A stretch of DNA of 63,967 nucleotides, the filler included, from Saprolegnia diclina VS20 (Eukaryota), in the NCBI RefSeq assembly GCF_000281045.1. It is 6 parts of 3 records of this genome, joined end to end, with 100 filler letters (N's around TTAATTAATTAA, not from the genome) between each part and the next. Parts side by side here need not be neighbours in the genome. Positions count along the whole stretch, not along the records: positions 46,871 to 60,370 come from NW_008246145.1; positions 60,471 to 63,967 come from NW_008246146.1; 4 more parts are not named here. One strand, 5' to 3'. Below the pieces are notes generated by a model. That model searched no databases. It saw only the letters and a list, made by a program, of their open reading frames with translations, and was not told the DNA's origin. The position numbers and the translations under genes are program-made. Shown here piece by piece: positions 48,291-61,156 of the stretch. Positions within the stretch are counted from its first letter, which is position 1; each line of letters starts with the position of its first letter.

Positions 48291-50247
48291 ATGCAGGTGG
48301 CGACCTTCTACCTGCCCTATTGCGGTCACGACGACCTCTTCTCGAGCAGCTACGTTCGGTGCGTACACCCTTCTGCACTCGCTCGTGATCTCACGCAAAC
48401 GGTCTCCTCTACACGCTCAGATGTCAAAAGTCCAGTGGGCACAAGGTACCCGACCCGACGCATTGAAGGCAAAGCTGTCACCACTTGTAGATTCTACGCT
48501 GCTTTCCACACTGCTGTCCTCGCCATGTCCACTACCGCAACTGCGGCACGGCCATCCGCATCGCAGTCACCTCAACCATCGAGGCGCGGGCGTTTGCTGC
48601 CTTTGGTCTCGCCACCGAGGTCCGCCCACGCGTCGGCGACGTCATCTACCTCGACGACTTGCGAGTTCGATCGCACGAGAGCCCGCTCGCGACGCACCTC
48701 GAAGGTTCGCGTCTCGACGAGGTAGCTTGTTGCAGCTCTCTCTGTCGATCACAAGCGAGCGTGTCTAGAACGGCCACTTTGAGTTTGATGAAAAGCAAGC
48801 CGATGGCTGGCACTATGGCTGGAAGAGTGGGCGCAGTAAGGCCCAGCGCGACCTCCTCCACGTCCTTTGGGTATCCGCACGCTTGATAGTGTACATTGCA
48901 CTGGGCATTGACGGCTCGTAGGCGGTGGTGCTCCACCCAGTTGATGCGCACCGGTGGACGGTCGTCGCGGTTGCCATCTCGACGCCGTTCACGATCGTAT
49001 CCTACCGCGGCGAGCACAACAAGAAGAAGAAGCACGCGCAGAGCATTCCCCGGCGCCTCCAGCGACCGGCGTCACCATCATTGTCGGACGACGAACGTGA
49101 TGCGTCGGTGTCATCACTCGATCGCTTGCTTCGTTTTCTCGGCGACTACCGGCTCGATACGGCACCACGGGACGTGCTCCGGGGCATCGAAGCTCGGCTG
49201 TTGGTCATGCATGGCCTTCACGCGCTACCACTGCTACCCGCCGCGACCACTCGCCCGGGGCTCACCGTACCCGACCATGTCACGAGCAGCATGGTGGTGG
49301 CTTTGACACTCGCCCATCCTCTCTTTCTGTCGCGCGTCAACGACTATCTCTTGGCGCACGCCGAGGCGGTGCTCAACAAGGCAGCGCTCAGCCGGGTCTC
49401 GGACTCGCTCTTGCATCGTGTGCTTGTGCCCTACCTCGACGCCGAGCTCCAGGCGTCGTGCGGTGTCTCGCTCACCGACGTGGCCGACACCATCAGTGCC
49501 AGCACAAGCAGCTACGACGGTTTCACCCCGCGCTTTATCGCGCAGCTCCGGGAGGCGTACATCACGGTAGCCGTCCCGACATCTCCATTTTCCCGACCTT
49601 GGATGCGATATTTGTGCTAGACGCAGTCGACGCTGGTGCGCCTCGAGCTCACACCGGTGCAAACACCTCTGGACGGAACGTGGGTCTGGTCGTCAGCCGA
49701 CATGTCGGCGCTCGATGCCTTGCCGTGGACGCTACCGCACTACCTTCGGTACCTCGCGAACTCGGGCTCGTTTACCCAGCGCCTTGTCGGACACACACTT
49801 CAAGTACATCGACAAAGCCTTCTACTTGTATGTGGGTTTACATTCGTACATCAACTCTAGATGCAGTCGACGCCAGCCGCCTTTTCCACCGTCCCGTGCG
49901 AACTCGTACTTGATGGCGATGTGCGTAGTTTGCGCGTCTTGCCGTCGGGCGAGTCGTGCATGGGCCAAGTAGCTGTCGACTATACTGGCTGCCTCGTGGC
50001 CGGGAAGGAGCTCCAGCTGCGGCTCTTTCTCTACGAACGAAACCGGTCGTCATGCTTTCTGGCAACGATGCGTGTCTGGCCGAGTAGCGAGTACGCCCTT
50101 GTGTATCGAGTGCAGCTAGAGCGGGCGTGCCTCGACGACGCTGCGCTTTTGGACGTACGTGCGTCGTTGCGTGTCGCTGCACTGGGCGCCACCGAGCCCC
50201 TCGGCACCTTCCTATCAACCTACCATCGTGCGGCTGAGCATCTATAA
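48291..50247 (+). CDS. 'LRCFPHCCPxH' family protein, copy 1, multi-exon
   Basis: MQVATFYLPYC..YVR | microexon 48421-48445 CQKSSGHK | ILRCFPHCCPRHVHYRNCG; TPFTIVSYRGEHNKKK; RFIAQLRE; LVLDGDVRSLRVLPSGES. Confidence 0.8.
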
Positions 50248-50512
50248 ACGATAGCGTGACTTGTAACGAACGGGGTGGGTCATCGCAGATGGAAGTTGGT
50301 ACATACGACGCAGATGGTGGTCGAAGTAGCATCGCGACACATTCCTCGCATTGTTCCAATATATTGAGGTAGTGTGAAGCTTCTGCACTGGCCGCCGATG
50401 GCCACGACCCGCGCGGCTATACACCCGGTGGCAAGCGCGCGACACTCGGTTCAAGAATGTGGTGTTGAGAGTCCGGGTTTATGCGCCGTCGTCGTTCTGA
50501 TAGCATACATTA

Positions 50513-51142
50513 GAGCATCCCCAGCAGTCGTTTTTATACGTAAATATAGCAATTTTTAAAAACGGACCTCCCCAAGAGGCGTTTTTATTTCTAAAAATTT
50601 GTAAAAATTTGCCGGTCGTTTTTATCGCGGTCGACTTTAAAAACATCGGCCAGCATTTCCAATCGTTTTTAAGGCCCATGCGACGGGCAATGGACGAATT
50701 CAAGGCATGAAAACGCCGTCAGAACACAGCTCGGAGTTTTCCACAGTCGAGGACAGCTATGCCGGCAACACAGAGACCCCAGATGTAGCAGGAACCTCTC
50801 GGATGGCACTCGCATTGAGCGATCTGGGCAAATCATATCTGCACACAAGGCGTCGCTGCGCCCACTGACATGCGGTTAGCTCCGTCGCACAGTCATGAAC
50901 TGCCTTGATGACTCTAGCTAAGCGCGGCCCGTGGCCGCGAGTAGGACGGCCTAGTCAGTGCTGGCGTCGACGGCGTCGCCCTGAAACCGGTGGAGGGCCT
51001 CGCCATCGTCGGAATGTTGATCTGTCAGCTGTTGATTGGCAACGTTTGGCAACGCTGCTGGGGAGCTCCATTTCTATTGCCAACTGGTCGTTTCCAAAGC
51101 CACCCGTTAGCAATAAAATGAAAACGACTCCTGGGGATGCTC
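50513..51142. mobile_element. Non-autonomous PIF/Harbinger (Tourist-like) MITE, 630 bp
   Basis: 25-bp TIRs GAGCATCCCCAGCAGTCGTTTTTAT / ATGAAAACGACTCCTGGGGATGCTC (23/25 match). TTA target-site duplication at 50510-50512 and 51143-51145. Confidence 0.88.
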
Positions 51143-52476
51143 TTATACACGCACTAATCGTACTACTAGCGTATACAGTAAGCACCTTGGCCACGAATCG
51201 AAACGGCGCCATATTTTTTGACACGCAAATGTCCACGTGGCAGTCTCCGGTGGCATCCCGATACACCTCCGGTTTATCCGTACGGCAACCCACGCAGGTC
51301 ACAAAAACATGAGGGACGTGAAGACGGTCCTATCCTTCTTACTTCGAGAGACGACGCCGTTCGAAAGACGTCCCTTCGTGCTCCGTTGGCCGCAGTAATT
51401 GGATACGAATGAAGCCGACGCTGGTGGTCCACGACGCGCTGTGTTACAGCCGCTGGTCGGTGGGGTGGACGGTAGAGGTCCGAAGCGTTTGCGTCCAGTG
51501 CAGGAGCGTGATACCTGCCACTGAAGCGGGTCATGAACAAATAACAACAAAACCCCGTCGGTCGGTCGTCCCATCAGAAAGCGTTCCCAACACATATGGG
51601 ATGTGTGCATTCCAAGTTGCCATATACAGTAACGATGACGACGAATGTCGATTTGGCACTGCGCAAGCCCATGCAGTCGACAAATCAGAACTTGTATGCT
51701 GAAAACCACCGGCGACGTTGCATCGCATGAGACCCCGGAGACAGCGCCTCCTGCTTGTTTCCTACGCCTGGAAGAGACTTCCACGGCGAACATCTGTTGT
51801 TGGAGCACATTGCAGAGGTCGCTACCTCCTTGTTGCCAGCGTTTCGAGAGCGCGTATTGGCCAGTTGTTGACTGATGGCACACGGTATTCCGACGCACGA
51901 ACCTTGGTGAGCAGCTTCTTGAGTCTGCTTCTTGAAGTGCTACTTCGAAATCCAGGAGCAATTCGACCTCGGCACAATGACCAGCTGGCGTCGTTCACTG
52001 CCCGGAAACAAGATGCGTTTACAGATTTCTGCGAACGCCAGCCTCTGCTCGATGCGGTGCTGGTGCCACCTTGGCACTGCGTTCTGATGGCACGTGATTG
52101 ATGGGGTGCTCGAGTTCGGTGGGATGCAACTAGGGCCGTTGCCGACGCGCCCTGCGTCGACGAGTCTGTAGGGCTGGGGCGGCCCATCAATACTGTCGGT
52201 GACCGTCAGTGTCATTACATGACCACTGACATTTGGCGCGTCGTCGACCACGTACTTTTGGACAGTAGCCAATCACCGACGGCTAGGCGACGTGTACAAT
52301 AGGTATGCGAGTCCTTCGTTTGATCCGCTTCCCATATTACCACGCCCGATGGGGGCGGAGAAGGTTGGGTTCCACGCGCGTGCCGGAAAAAGCAATTTTC
52401 GGTGCAGTAATGACGCGTACTCGGCGCGTCACTCGCACGTGGTCAAGTTGGCACTCCAACTATTTCTCAATTGGCC

Positions 52477-54340
52477 ATGTCCTGCGCCTTCTACCTCCCC
52501 GAGTGCACCCACGGGACGCTTTTCCAGCCCACGTATGTGCGGTACGCGGCCATCCCACTACACCTACTACGTCGCAGCTCACATTGCACTTGTAGCTGCC
52601 AAAAATCCCAAGGCCAAAAGGTACTGTCCACTATTTGTACTAGCACCGGGATATGAAGGCACCGTAGATTCTGCGCTGCTTTCCGCACTGCTGTCCCCAA
52701 CACATTCACTACCGCAACTGCGGTACGGCCATTTGTCTTGCGGTGCAGCCGCGGTCGCAACTCGCGTCCTTGCGGGCGGTGCTCGCCTTCACAGCCGCGA
52801 CCGACGACGTCTTCGCCCCTCACGACGTGGTGCCGACCAGCTACTTTGAGGCGCACACCCGGTCGCGGTCCAACGTTTTTGGTACGCTCTACGAAGGTCT
52901 TCGGCTGCCGTCGCTCGAGAACACGGTACGGCATTTTCGTTTTGACGAAAAGTTCGTGGATGGCTGGCACTATGCGTGCGTGGAAGAGCGGCCGGAGCAA
53001 GGCGCAGCGGGACCTTCCCCACGTCCTTCGGGTAGCCCATAACGATTTGCGCATATTGACGAGCGAACGAATTAGGCATATGTGTTTGAAGCCGCCATCT
53101 CCAACGACGACGAGTGGGTCCTCATTGCGTCCGTGGCGTCGACCCCGTTCACGATCGTGTCGTACCGCGGCGAGCACAACAAGAAGAAGCGCGAGCAGCT
53201 CCAGATCGAAGACTTTGCACCGCAGAGCACGAGCTCGGACCACTTGATGACCATCTTGTCGAGCTTGCAAGCGGTGTCGTTGGAGGCGACGCCGTCCCCG
53301 CTGCTTGAGTGGCTCCGCGTGCACGTGCCGCTGCCGCTGCCCGTCGCGTCGGGCGGACCGGCGTCCGATGTCAGCACCGCGTACCACAATGTTTGCCTTG
53401 CGATGATTGTTGCGCTGAGCCACAAGGACGTCTTTGAGCGTATGAATGACGTCTTGGTGGCCAATGCCGCTTCCGTCCTCGACAAGACCGACCTCCAGCG
53501 CGTCTACTACGAGTGCCTCATGGAGCAAGTGCTCTTTCCGATTTTGGAAGCGGTGCTAAGCCAGCACCACGTCTCGGCGGTCGAGGTGGCGAGTGCGATG
53601 TCGCCCAGCACCGACCACCATTTTTTTGTCCGGTTTGTGGCGCAGATGCGCGAGTCGTATATCCTGGTACACTGACCTATCCCTACCCTACCCCCTCACG
53701 ACGCAATGGTGTAGACGCAAACGCTGGCGCCGACGCGCTTCCGTAGCCCGAGTGCCGGCAGCGCTGTGGACGGCTCATGGGTGTGGCAGCAAGAAGCCAC
53801 GGTGGTGCATCACTGGGCACTCTCGACGTCGCTTATGCACTACCTCCGCTTTCTCGACAACATGTCGTCCTTCCAGCAGCGCTTTTCGGGCCATACGCTG
53901 CATGTAAGCAATCGCCGTGTTGTCGGATCTCATGGTGTGACTAGATGCGGTCCAACTCGCCTCGGTTCAGTACCGTGCCCTCCGAGTTTGTGTGCGACGC
54001 GAGTCCTCGCAGCTTGCGCGTGCTCCCGACCGGCGAGTCGTGCCTGGCCGACCTTATCGTCGACTACGTCGGGTTCATGGGGCCGCACGGAGACGTGACG
54101 TTGGCGCTGTATCTCTTGGAGCGCAATGCAAACATGTGCCTCCTTGCCGAGGTCCACATCGCGCCTCGAGATGGTCAGACACTACTGTACACAGTGCGCG
54201 TGCACCGGGCCAATGCACCGTCGCCCGTCGACGACGCCTTCTTCGACGCGGACGCGTCGACACGCGTCACCGTGTGCCAAACGGAGTGGCTGCTCGCGCC
54301 TGTCGCTTCGTTGCACATGACCTATACTCGTGCGCCATGA
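52477..54340 (+). CDS. 'LRCFPHCCPxH' family protein, copy 2, multi-exon
   Basis: MSCAFYLPECTHG..YVR | microexon 52596-52620 CQKSQGQK | ILRCFPHCCPQHIHYRNCG; TPFTIVSYRGEHNKKK; RFVAQMRE; SLRVLPTGES. Confidence 0.8.
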
Positions 54341-54990
54341 CTTGCGAGATTGCACTTGCGAGGTGGCACTTGCTGGCAGTGGCACTGCGTTGCCGCGATG
54401 ACTCGTGTGTACTAATCACAACGGAATCATAACCACACACCTCGTTGACTGCATATTGTCGTCGCGCGGCCACCCATGCGACGAGATGACGAGAGATAGG
54501 CAACTATTACCATAGTGCCGGAATACTACTGGATCTTGGCTACTAAACACGGTCTGGAATCGACTAAAATCGATTAAAAACATTTGCACCATGTGCAATC
54601 ACCTCACCCTGACTGCACGTGCTTTCTGTTCTTGATTGCCCCGCACCCAAGCAGGTGGCTAGCATACAGCCGTGTGGTACGACGGCGTCCCGGAATGCAT
54701 ACAGTACCAACCAACTTTGAAAGTTGCGTCGAGTGTGATGGCACTTGTCGCCCGCGATTGCTCGAGTGGACACACATGCCTGATCGCGTGGGACGCACGT
54801 GATGATCACAAACGACGTGCCGAGAGGTACTGTCGACTTGAGAGAAGCAGACCGAATGCAAACCCGAACCATGAGTCGTGTCGCACGCACAGTTGGATTC
54901 GCCTCGTGCAGTTCACCGGCTGGGCGATCGGACAGTAAAAATTACAAGGACGTCCGTCGTCCGATCTGCGCCATCGCGTCCATATAAGCG

Positions 54991-56920
54991 ATGCTAGCAA
55001 CGAGCATCACCTGCCACTTCTTCCTCGTCGACTGCGTCCATAGCAGTAGCCCTATCTTTCGACCGAGCTACGTCCGGTACGCTCTTGCTGCCGTCTGCTG
55101 CCGATAGCGTCACACTACGTTGTTGCCCTGTAGATGCCAGAAAACTCAAGGCCAAAAGGTCGGCCCGAGCCGTTGACACGTCCTCACCGTCCATAGATTC
55201 TGCGCTGCTTTCCGCACTGCTGTCCCGGCCACGTCCACTACCGCAACTGCGGCGCGTCGCTCTACGTACGGGCCACGCCCCACACGCACCCCCTGCATGT
55301 GTTTGGGCTCTTCTCGCTTAGCGACGAGGACCCGTACCCAGTCGGGACCATTGTCGACGCCAACCTCGTCCAGCGCGAGCTCCGCGTGCCGTCCAACGTG
55401 CGCGGCTCGCTCGTGAGTGCGGTCCGAGACGAGGTACGGCCGGCGCCGTCCACCATCCAATCAAGCAGCATTAGATCATCCCGAATGCGTTCCGATTCGA
55501 CGAAAAGGAGCTCAACGGGTGGCAGTACAGCTGGAAGAGCGGGCGCAGCAAGGCCCAGCGCGACCTCGCCCACGTGTTTCGCGTACGTCCTTGCGCTCGC
55601 CACTTGTGTCAACGCCGTCGTACGTAGGCAATTGTGCTCACACCGATCGCGCCGGACGTGTGGTGCGTTGTGGGCGTTGCAACGTCGACGCCCTTTACGA
55701 TCGTGTCGTATCGCGGCGAATACAACAAGCGCAAGCGGGCCGGCGGCACACCGTCCGAGCTCGGTTCGTCGTCGTCGTCGCGCTCGTCCTACGACATTTT
55801 GCTGTCGTACATTCGGGCCTTTCGCGTCGATATGGCGCCCTCTGCAAGCGTTGCCTGGCTCCACCACGCCATCGGCGTCGCGTGTCCGACGCTCGGCTCG
55901 CCGCGCCCGTCCAGCGACAGCGCGTGGCACGATCAGATCTGCGTTGCGATCGCACTGGCGCTGTGCGGCCGCGAGTTCGTCGCCGAGTTCAACGCGTGTC
56001 TGCTCACGCACGCCGCCGCGGTCCTCGCCAAGCCCGAGTCGCAAGCGATCTTTAATCGCTTCTTTGAGCATGTACTATTGCCGACCATCGACCGCGTTGT
56101 GAGCACATTCGGAACGACGGTCGGTGCGGTCGCCGACGCCATCACCCATCACACCCCGCCCCCCGCGCTGTTTTCGGTGCAGGACTTTCGCCCGCGCTTT
56201 GTGGCGCAACTGCGCGAAGCCTACATTGCCGTACCTCCTTGTTTCTTCGACGAGGACGGAAGCTCAGTTTCGACGTAGGCGACGCAGGGACACCCGTCCT
56301 GGCCATCGTTTACCTTTGGGAATTCGGTCTTCAATGGCGCGTGGCAGCGGCAGTCGACGACCGTTCATACGCCGTGGCGCACGGGCGTGACGCTACCCCA
56401 CTACCTGCGCTGGCTGAGCAACACGACGGCCTTTCACATACGACTCGACGCGCCAACGCTTCTGGTACGACACGTATGATGGTTGGACTGTCCTTGCGAT
56501 TGCATTTCGATGTAGGTCCGCGCCGTGACGCCGCGGTTCACTGCAGTGCCCTCGAGCTTTCTATTGGACGGAAGTTTGGGCAGCCTTCGGGTGTTGCCGG
56601 ACGGCGAGTCGTGCTTGGGGACCATCGCCGTCGACTACCGCGGCCACGTGGCCATGTCGGGCGATATACACCTAACCCTCTACGGCTACGAACGGGGCGG
56701 GGCGGCGTACTTATTGGCCACTGTGCGTTTGCACGTGACGTCCGAAGACGCGCTTGTGGTTTCGGCGACTGTCGACGTGGGCCGTGCGATCGACGCACCG
56801 GACGCCATGGTGCAGGCGATGTTTGATCTCAAAACGGCCAGCCGCGTCGAGGTGCTGGACGTGTGGCCCCGCGCCCCCGCGGCCGCGTTTGATCTGCAGC
56901 TGACGCGCGTGCCATCGTAA
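54991..56920 (+). CDS. 'LRCFPHCCPxH' family protein, copy 3, multi-exon
   Basis: MLATSITCHFFLVDC..YVR | microexon 55134-55158 CQKTQGQK | ILRCFPHCCPGHVHYRNCG; TPFTIVSYRGEYNKRK; RFVAQLRE; SLRVLPDGES. Confidence 0.8.
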
Positions 56921-57564
56921 TGCGCCGAAAAGACAAATAGAAATGAGCAGTGGTGTATTGCACAGTACACACAATACGTCGGGATGGTCTTTGCTCTGCC
57001 GCCAACACAGGAGACACGAAAGACAGCCCGCCGTAATCGAGTGTGATTGCTAATAATGAATTGAATTGATACCCAGAAAAGGGCTAGGGTTCATAGCCGC
57101 GGAAGAGTGCCACGTCAAGCGTCCGATCAGTTCGGATTTCTCGTTGGTCCTAGCGGACTAAATATCGTTCGCGTTGGCATCGCCGTTGAACTCCAGTCAC
57201 GGCAAACCTACCGAGACAACAAGATTAGTAGGAGTACTCTTATGTACGGTCATTGACGCGCTTGTTGGAATGTGTTTTCCTTGTATATTGTAGAAATATG
57301 GGATAGCAGCAAAGTGCTGGGTACGCAAGAAGCATGTGTTGGCTTACATTTCTCCGAGAAAGATCAGCGCTGAGAGCCTTTGTGTTGCCTTAGGATACTG
57401 TAATGGTATCACGGACGTAAAGATCCGGCCGACGACAACGATCACGCGCTCTTTTAGCACCGGTAGTTGTCTGTTTCCGGATACATGTTGCCACATGAGA
57501 GAGAGACAAGTGTTTTGCCGGGAATGTCCGCATACCGGGTCTAATTTACCGGATTCTGACTGAC

Positions 57565-57838
57565 CGCGGTTTGGATCTTGACCAATGGATACCGCGTGTT
57601 AAGACCGTTTGTGCCGCGTGCTGAACCAGGTGCGCGAACCCAGCTCGCAGAGCTGCAACGATGCGTACATAGATATGACGTTTATTCGCGTAGTCCGAGC
57701 TGTGCAGCGTGTCGTACGTCCGACCAGTACCTCGAGCTACATCGGCAACCAATTGAGGCTGACGGCATCGAGTCCTCGGTGAACGAAGAAGGGATGCTTG
57801 GCTAGCACCCTCCCGAAAACTGATGTTTCGATTACGAT
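57565..57838 (+). repeat. Direct duplicate of 58769-59042 across an N gap (probable assembly or allelic redundancy)
   Basis: cgcggtttggatcttgacc...gatgtttcgattacgat is identical by eye on both sides of gap 57839-58768. Confidence 0.85.
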
Positions 57839-59303
57839 NNNNNNNNNNNNNNNNNNNNNNNNNNNNNNNNNNNNNNNNNNNNNNNNNNNNNNNNNNNNNN
57901 NNNNNNNNNNNNNNNNNNNNNNNNNNNNNNNNNNNNNNNNNNNNNNNNNNNNNNNNNNNNNNNNNNNNNNNNNNNNNNNNNNNNNNNNNNNNNNNNNNNN
58001 NNNNNNNNNNNNNNNNNNNNNNNNNNNNNNNNNNNNNNNNNNNNNNNNNNNNNNNNNNNNNNNNNNNNNNNNNNNNNNNNNNNNNNNNNNNNNNNNNNNN
58101 NNNNNNNNNNNNNNNNNNNNNNNNNNNNNNNNNNNNNNNNNNNNNNNNNNNNNNNNNNNNNNNNNNNNNNNNNNNNNNNNNNNNNNNNNNNNNNNNNNNN
58201 NNNNNNNNNNNNNNNNNNNNNNNNNNNNNNNNNNNNNNNNNNNNNNNNNNNNNNNNNNNNNNNNNNNNNNNNNNNNNNNNNNNNNNNNNNNNNNNNNNNN
58301 NNNNNNNNNNNNNNNNNNNNNNNNNNNNNNNNNNNNNNNNNNNNNNNNNNNNNNNNNNNNNNNNNNNNNNNNNNNNNNNNNNNNNNNNNNNNNNNNNNNN
58401 NNNNNNNNNNNNNNNNNNNNNNNNNNNNNNNNNNNNNNNNNNNNNNNNNNNNNNNNNNNNNNNNNNNNNNNNNNNNNNNNNNNNNNNNNNNNNNNNNNNN
58501 NNNNNNNNNNNNNNNNNNNNNNNNNNNNNNNNNNNNNNNNNNNNNNNNNNNNNNNNNNNNNNNNNNNNNNNNNNNNNNNNNNNNNNNNNNNNNNNNNNNN
58601 NNNNNNNNNNNNNNNNNNNNNNNNNNNNNNNNNNNNNNNNNNNNNNNNNNNNNNNNNNNNNNNNNNNNNNNNNNNNNNNNNNNNNNNNNNNNNNNNNNNN
58701 NNNNNNNNNNNNNNNNNNNNNNNNNNNNNNNNNNNNNNNNNNNNNNNNNNNNNNNNNNNNNNNNNNNNCGCGGTTTGGATCTTGACCAATGGATACCGCG
58801 TGTTAAGACCGTTTGTGCCGCGTGCTGAACCAGGTGCGCGAACCCAGCTCGCAGAGCTGCAACGATGCGTACATAGATATGACGTTTATTCGCGTAGTCC
58901 GAGCTGTGCAGCGTGTCGTACGTCCGACCAGTACCTCGAGCTACATCGGCAACCAATTGAGGCTGACGGCATCGAGTCCTCGGTGAACGAAGAAGGGATG
59001 CTTGGCTAGCACCCTCCCGAAAACTGATGTTTCGATTACGATAGTGGGGTTCAAGTTGGCCATAGCTGTTGGCCATCAAATCTTGATGGAATGACGAACG
59101 GGTCCAATCCAGCGATCTCATTGGCTGAAACTCGTGCAAAAACAAAACCTCCATCAAGCTCCATCAACCATACATAGTTCGCCCGAACTGGCTACCTTCA
59201 TCACTCAGAAGACCAAATGCTCCATCAACAAAAAGGCTGATGGAACGTTTGATGGAAAAACGGGTCAAACGGGTGTCAGAGTCGCATGTCATCTTATTAG
59301 CGA

Positions 59304-59757
59304 TTAAATCTCCATAGTGAGCGGCGCAACCATACCGATTTCTTCTTGGGTAGCGCCTGCCTTCTTCAAGGCCTCACGGGCTTGGGCCATCTTTTCAATG
59401 GCCGCAAACTTTGCGTGCACGAGCTTGGCATCCCCGAGAGTCGTCTCCATCGCTAAACGCGCTTTCTCCATGGCGACTAGTACGCGCTCAGTCTCCTGGT
59501 CGAGGCGTCTTTCCTCGGCGACTAAGCGACCCTTCTCGATGGCGGAAGGATCGCCAGTCAAGCTCGAGAGCGTGGCCATGACGTCCTTGCTATTGACGCG
59601 CTTCGTCGGAGAGGTCGAAACAAAGACCCTACGTTTGCCTTGGCTGGGAGCGCGGCTGGTGGTGGTAAAGGGTAGACCCGGCATGCGAACGCTAGCCGTT
59701 GTGCGCTCAGACGCCGAAGCACGGGGTGAGGCAGGACGCGGGCTCATCGGCTGTTGA
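59304..59757 (-). pseudogene. 3' remnant of the element's second (accessory) ORF, coiled-coil C-terminus
   Basis: EKGRLVAEERRLDQETERVLVAMEKARL...AQAREALKKAGATQEEIG. 5' end cut at the junction near 59760. Confidence 0.55.
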
Positions 59758-59759
59758 GG

Positions 59760-60080
59760 CTTCCACAAAGCCTCAAGAGCTTGCGCTATCGCCTTGCAGG
59801 GAAGGAAAGCATGGTGAAGATCATTCGCCACATTGAAGTGTGTATTGTGCTGCACAACTTGTGCTGTGCCGATGCTGTACCAGACGATCGGGTCGAAGAC
59901 GAGCTCCCCGACGACTTGCGCATTCGAAACGACAACGCCGCGTCCGACCTGTACGTAACGACTCGAAGGAACAAGAGCGGAAAAGAGCGCCGTCAAGCTT
60001 TGCTCGACAGCATTTGCAACGAAGAACACACTATGTGCGTGTGTATGTATCATCGGTCATCAAAGTGGGGTTCAAGTTGA
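59760..60080 (+). pseudogene. C-terminal remnant of a Harbinger-type DDE transposase
   Basis: QSLKSLR...IIRHIEVCIVLHNLC followed by an acidic stretch and GKERRQALL, as at the end of DDE_Tnp_4-type transposases. Confidence 0.7.
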
Positions 60081-60974
60081 TCTTTTTTGATGGAAATGAA
60101 CTCGGCGCGACCCTTTTCTTCGGCACTTCTGATTGGACAAAAATCGGCGAATTGTTTTTCCATCAAGCCGTTCCATCAAGATTTGATGGCCAACTTGAAC
60201 CCCACTGATCTGGAAACTAAGTGTACCGAGGTCTGGAAATTCGCTGAGTTGGTCAATCGGCGTTCCCCCATAGTACCTCTATCGAGCTCTGTACCTTGTC
60301 GAATTGGTTTACCACAAAGCATTTTCGTTGTTGCAGTGCGTCATTTTCGGTATCATTAGTCCGTATTGGTNNNNNNNNNNNNNNNNNNNNNNNNNNNNNN
60401 NNNNNNNNNNNNNNTTAATTAATTAANNNNNNNNNNNNNNNNNNNNNNNNNNNNNNNNNNNNNNNNNNNNCTGCGTCGGTTTCGGGGCAACACGGAGTTT
60501 CAAAGTTAAAACCGGCTACACCGGTTTTGTGCTGCCGGCCATTTATTTTTGTCCAATCAAAATCGTTCGTTCCTTTGGCAGCGACAGTTGTGAGCTCGGC
60601 AAGCGGGAAGCACGAGCGTTGGACTTCATCCAGAGGTGGCGTGGCGCTTTGGATGATGCGCGCAGTAGTTTTAGTGCCTAGCACAAGAGCCGCGCCCGAG
60701 ACGTGACCGCTGCTACTGCTGTGGCCTTTTAGTGTTGCTGGGATCGGGGCGGACGCAACATCCATGTCAATCAAATCAAAAATAGGCGATCAAAACGACC
60801 ACCTCCAGCATATGATATTCCATATTCGTTGTGAGAGGCAATGTGCTCGACAAGTGACAAGTGCGCCGGCGGCTGCCAAAAGCCAAATGTCCACCAATCA
60901 GAAGCAATTTATTCGCCCACAGCCACCAATCAGATCGCTGGTTACCACTATGATTCCAGAGATTTGGAATCATC

Positions 60975-61156
60975 TAGCGATCTTGGCTCCCACGGTTCTT
61001 CCATAAACGTCCCAGCGCGAGATAGTTCGTGCTCTATCGCATAGTGTATCGTTTCTGCAAGGCCGGTGTTAGTGTAGACTCAGTGGCAGTGCGTATTGCG
61101 CGGCTACAAACCGCGGGTGCTCCTGCGGGCACGGCGTCGGTGCCAGCACAAAGAGG
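60975..61156 (-). repeat. Duplicate of the 3' end and downstream region of the gene at 62286-63967 (matches ~62191-62373)
   Basis: Encodes the same LFVLAPTPCPQEHPRFVAAQYALPLSLH* (61069-61156). Flanks similar with a few differences; truncated by a gap. Confidence 0.8.

Larger units (their letters stand above)
59043..60206. mobile_element. Internally deleted PIF/Harbinger-type DNA transposon
   Basis: Perfect 21-bp TIR AGTGGGGTTCAAGTTGGCCAT / ATGGCCAACTTGAACCCCACT, flanked by GAT on both sides. Contains 3' ends of two divergent ORFs. Confidence 0.85.

Noticed and set aside
15104..60426. Recurrent palindrome TTAATTAATTAA
   Set aside because: Always embedded in N runs; it is an artificial scaffolding linker.
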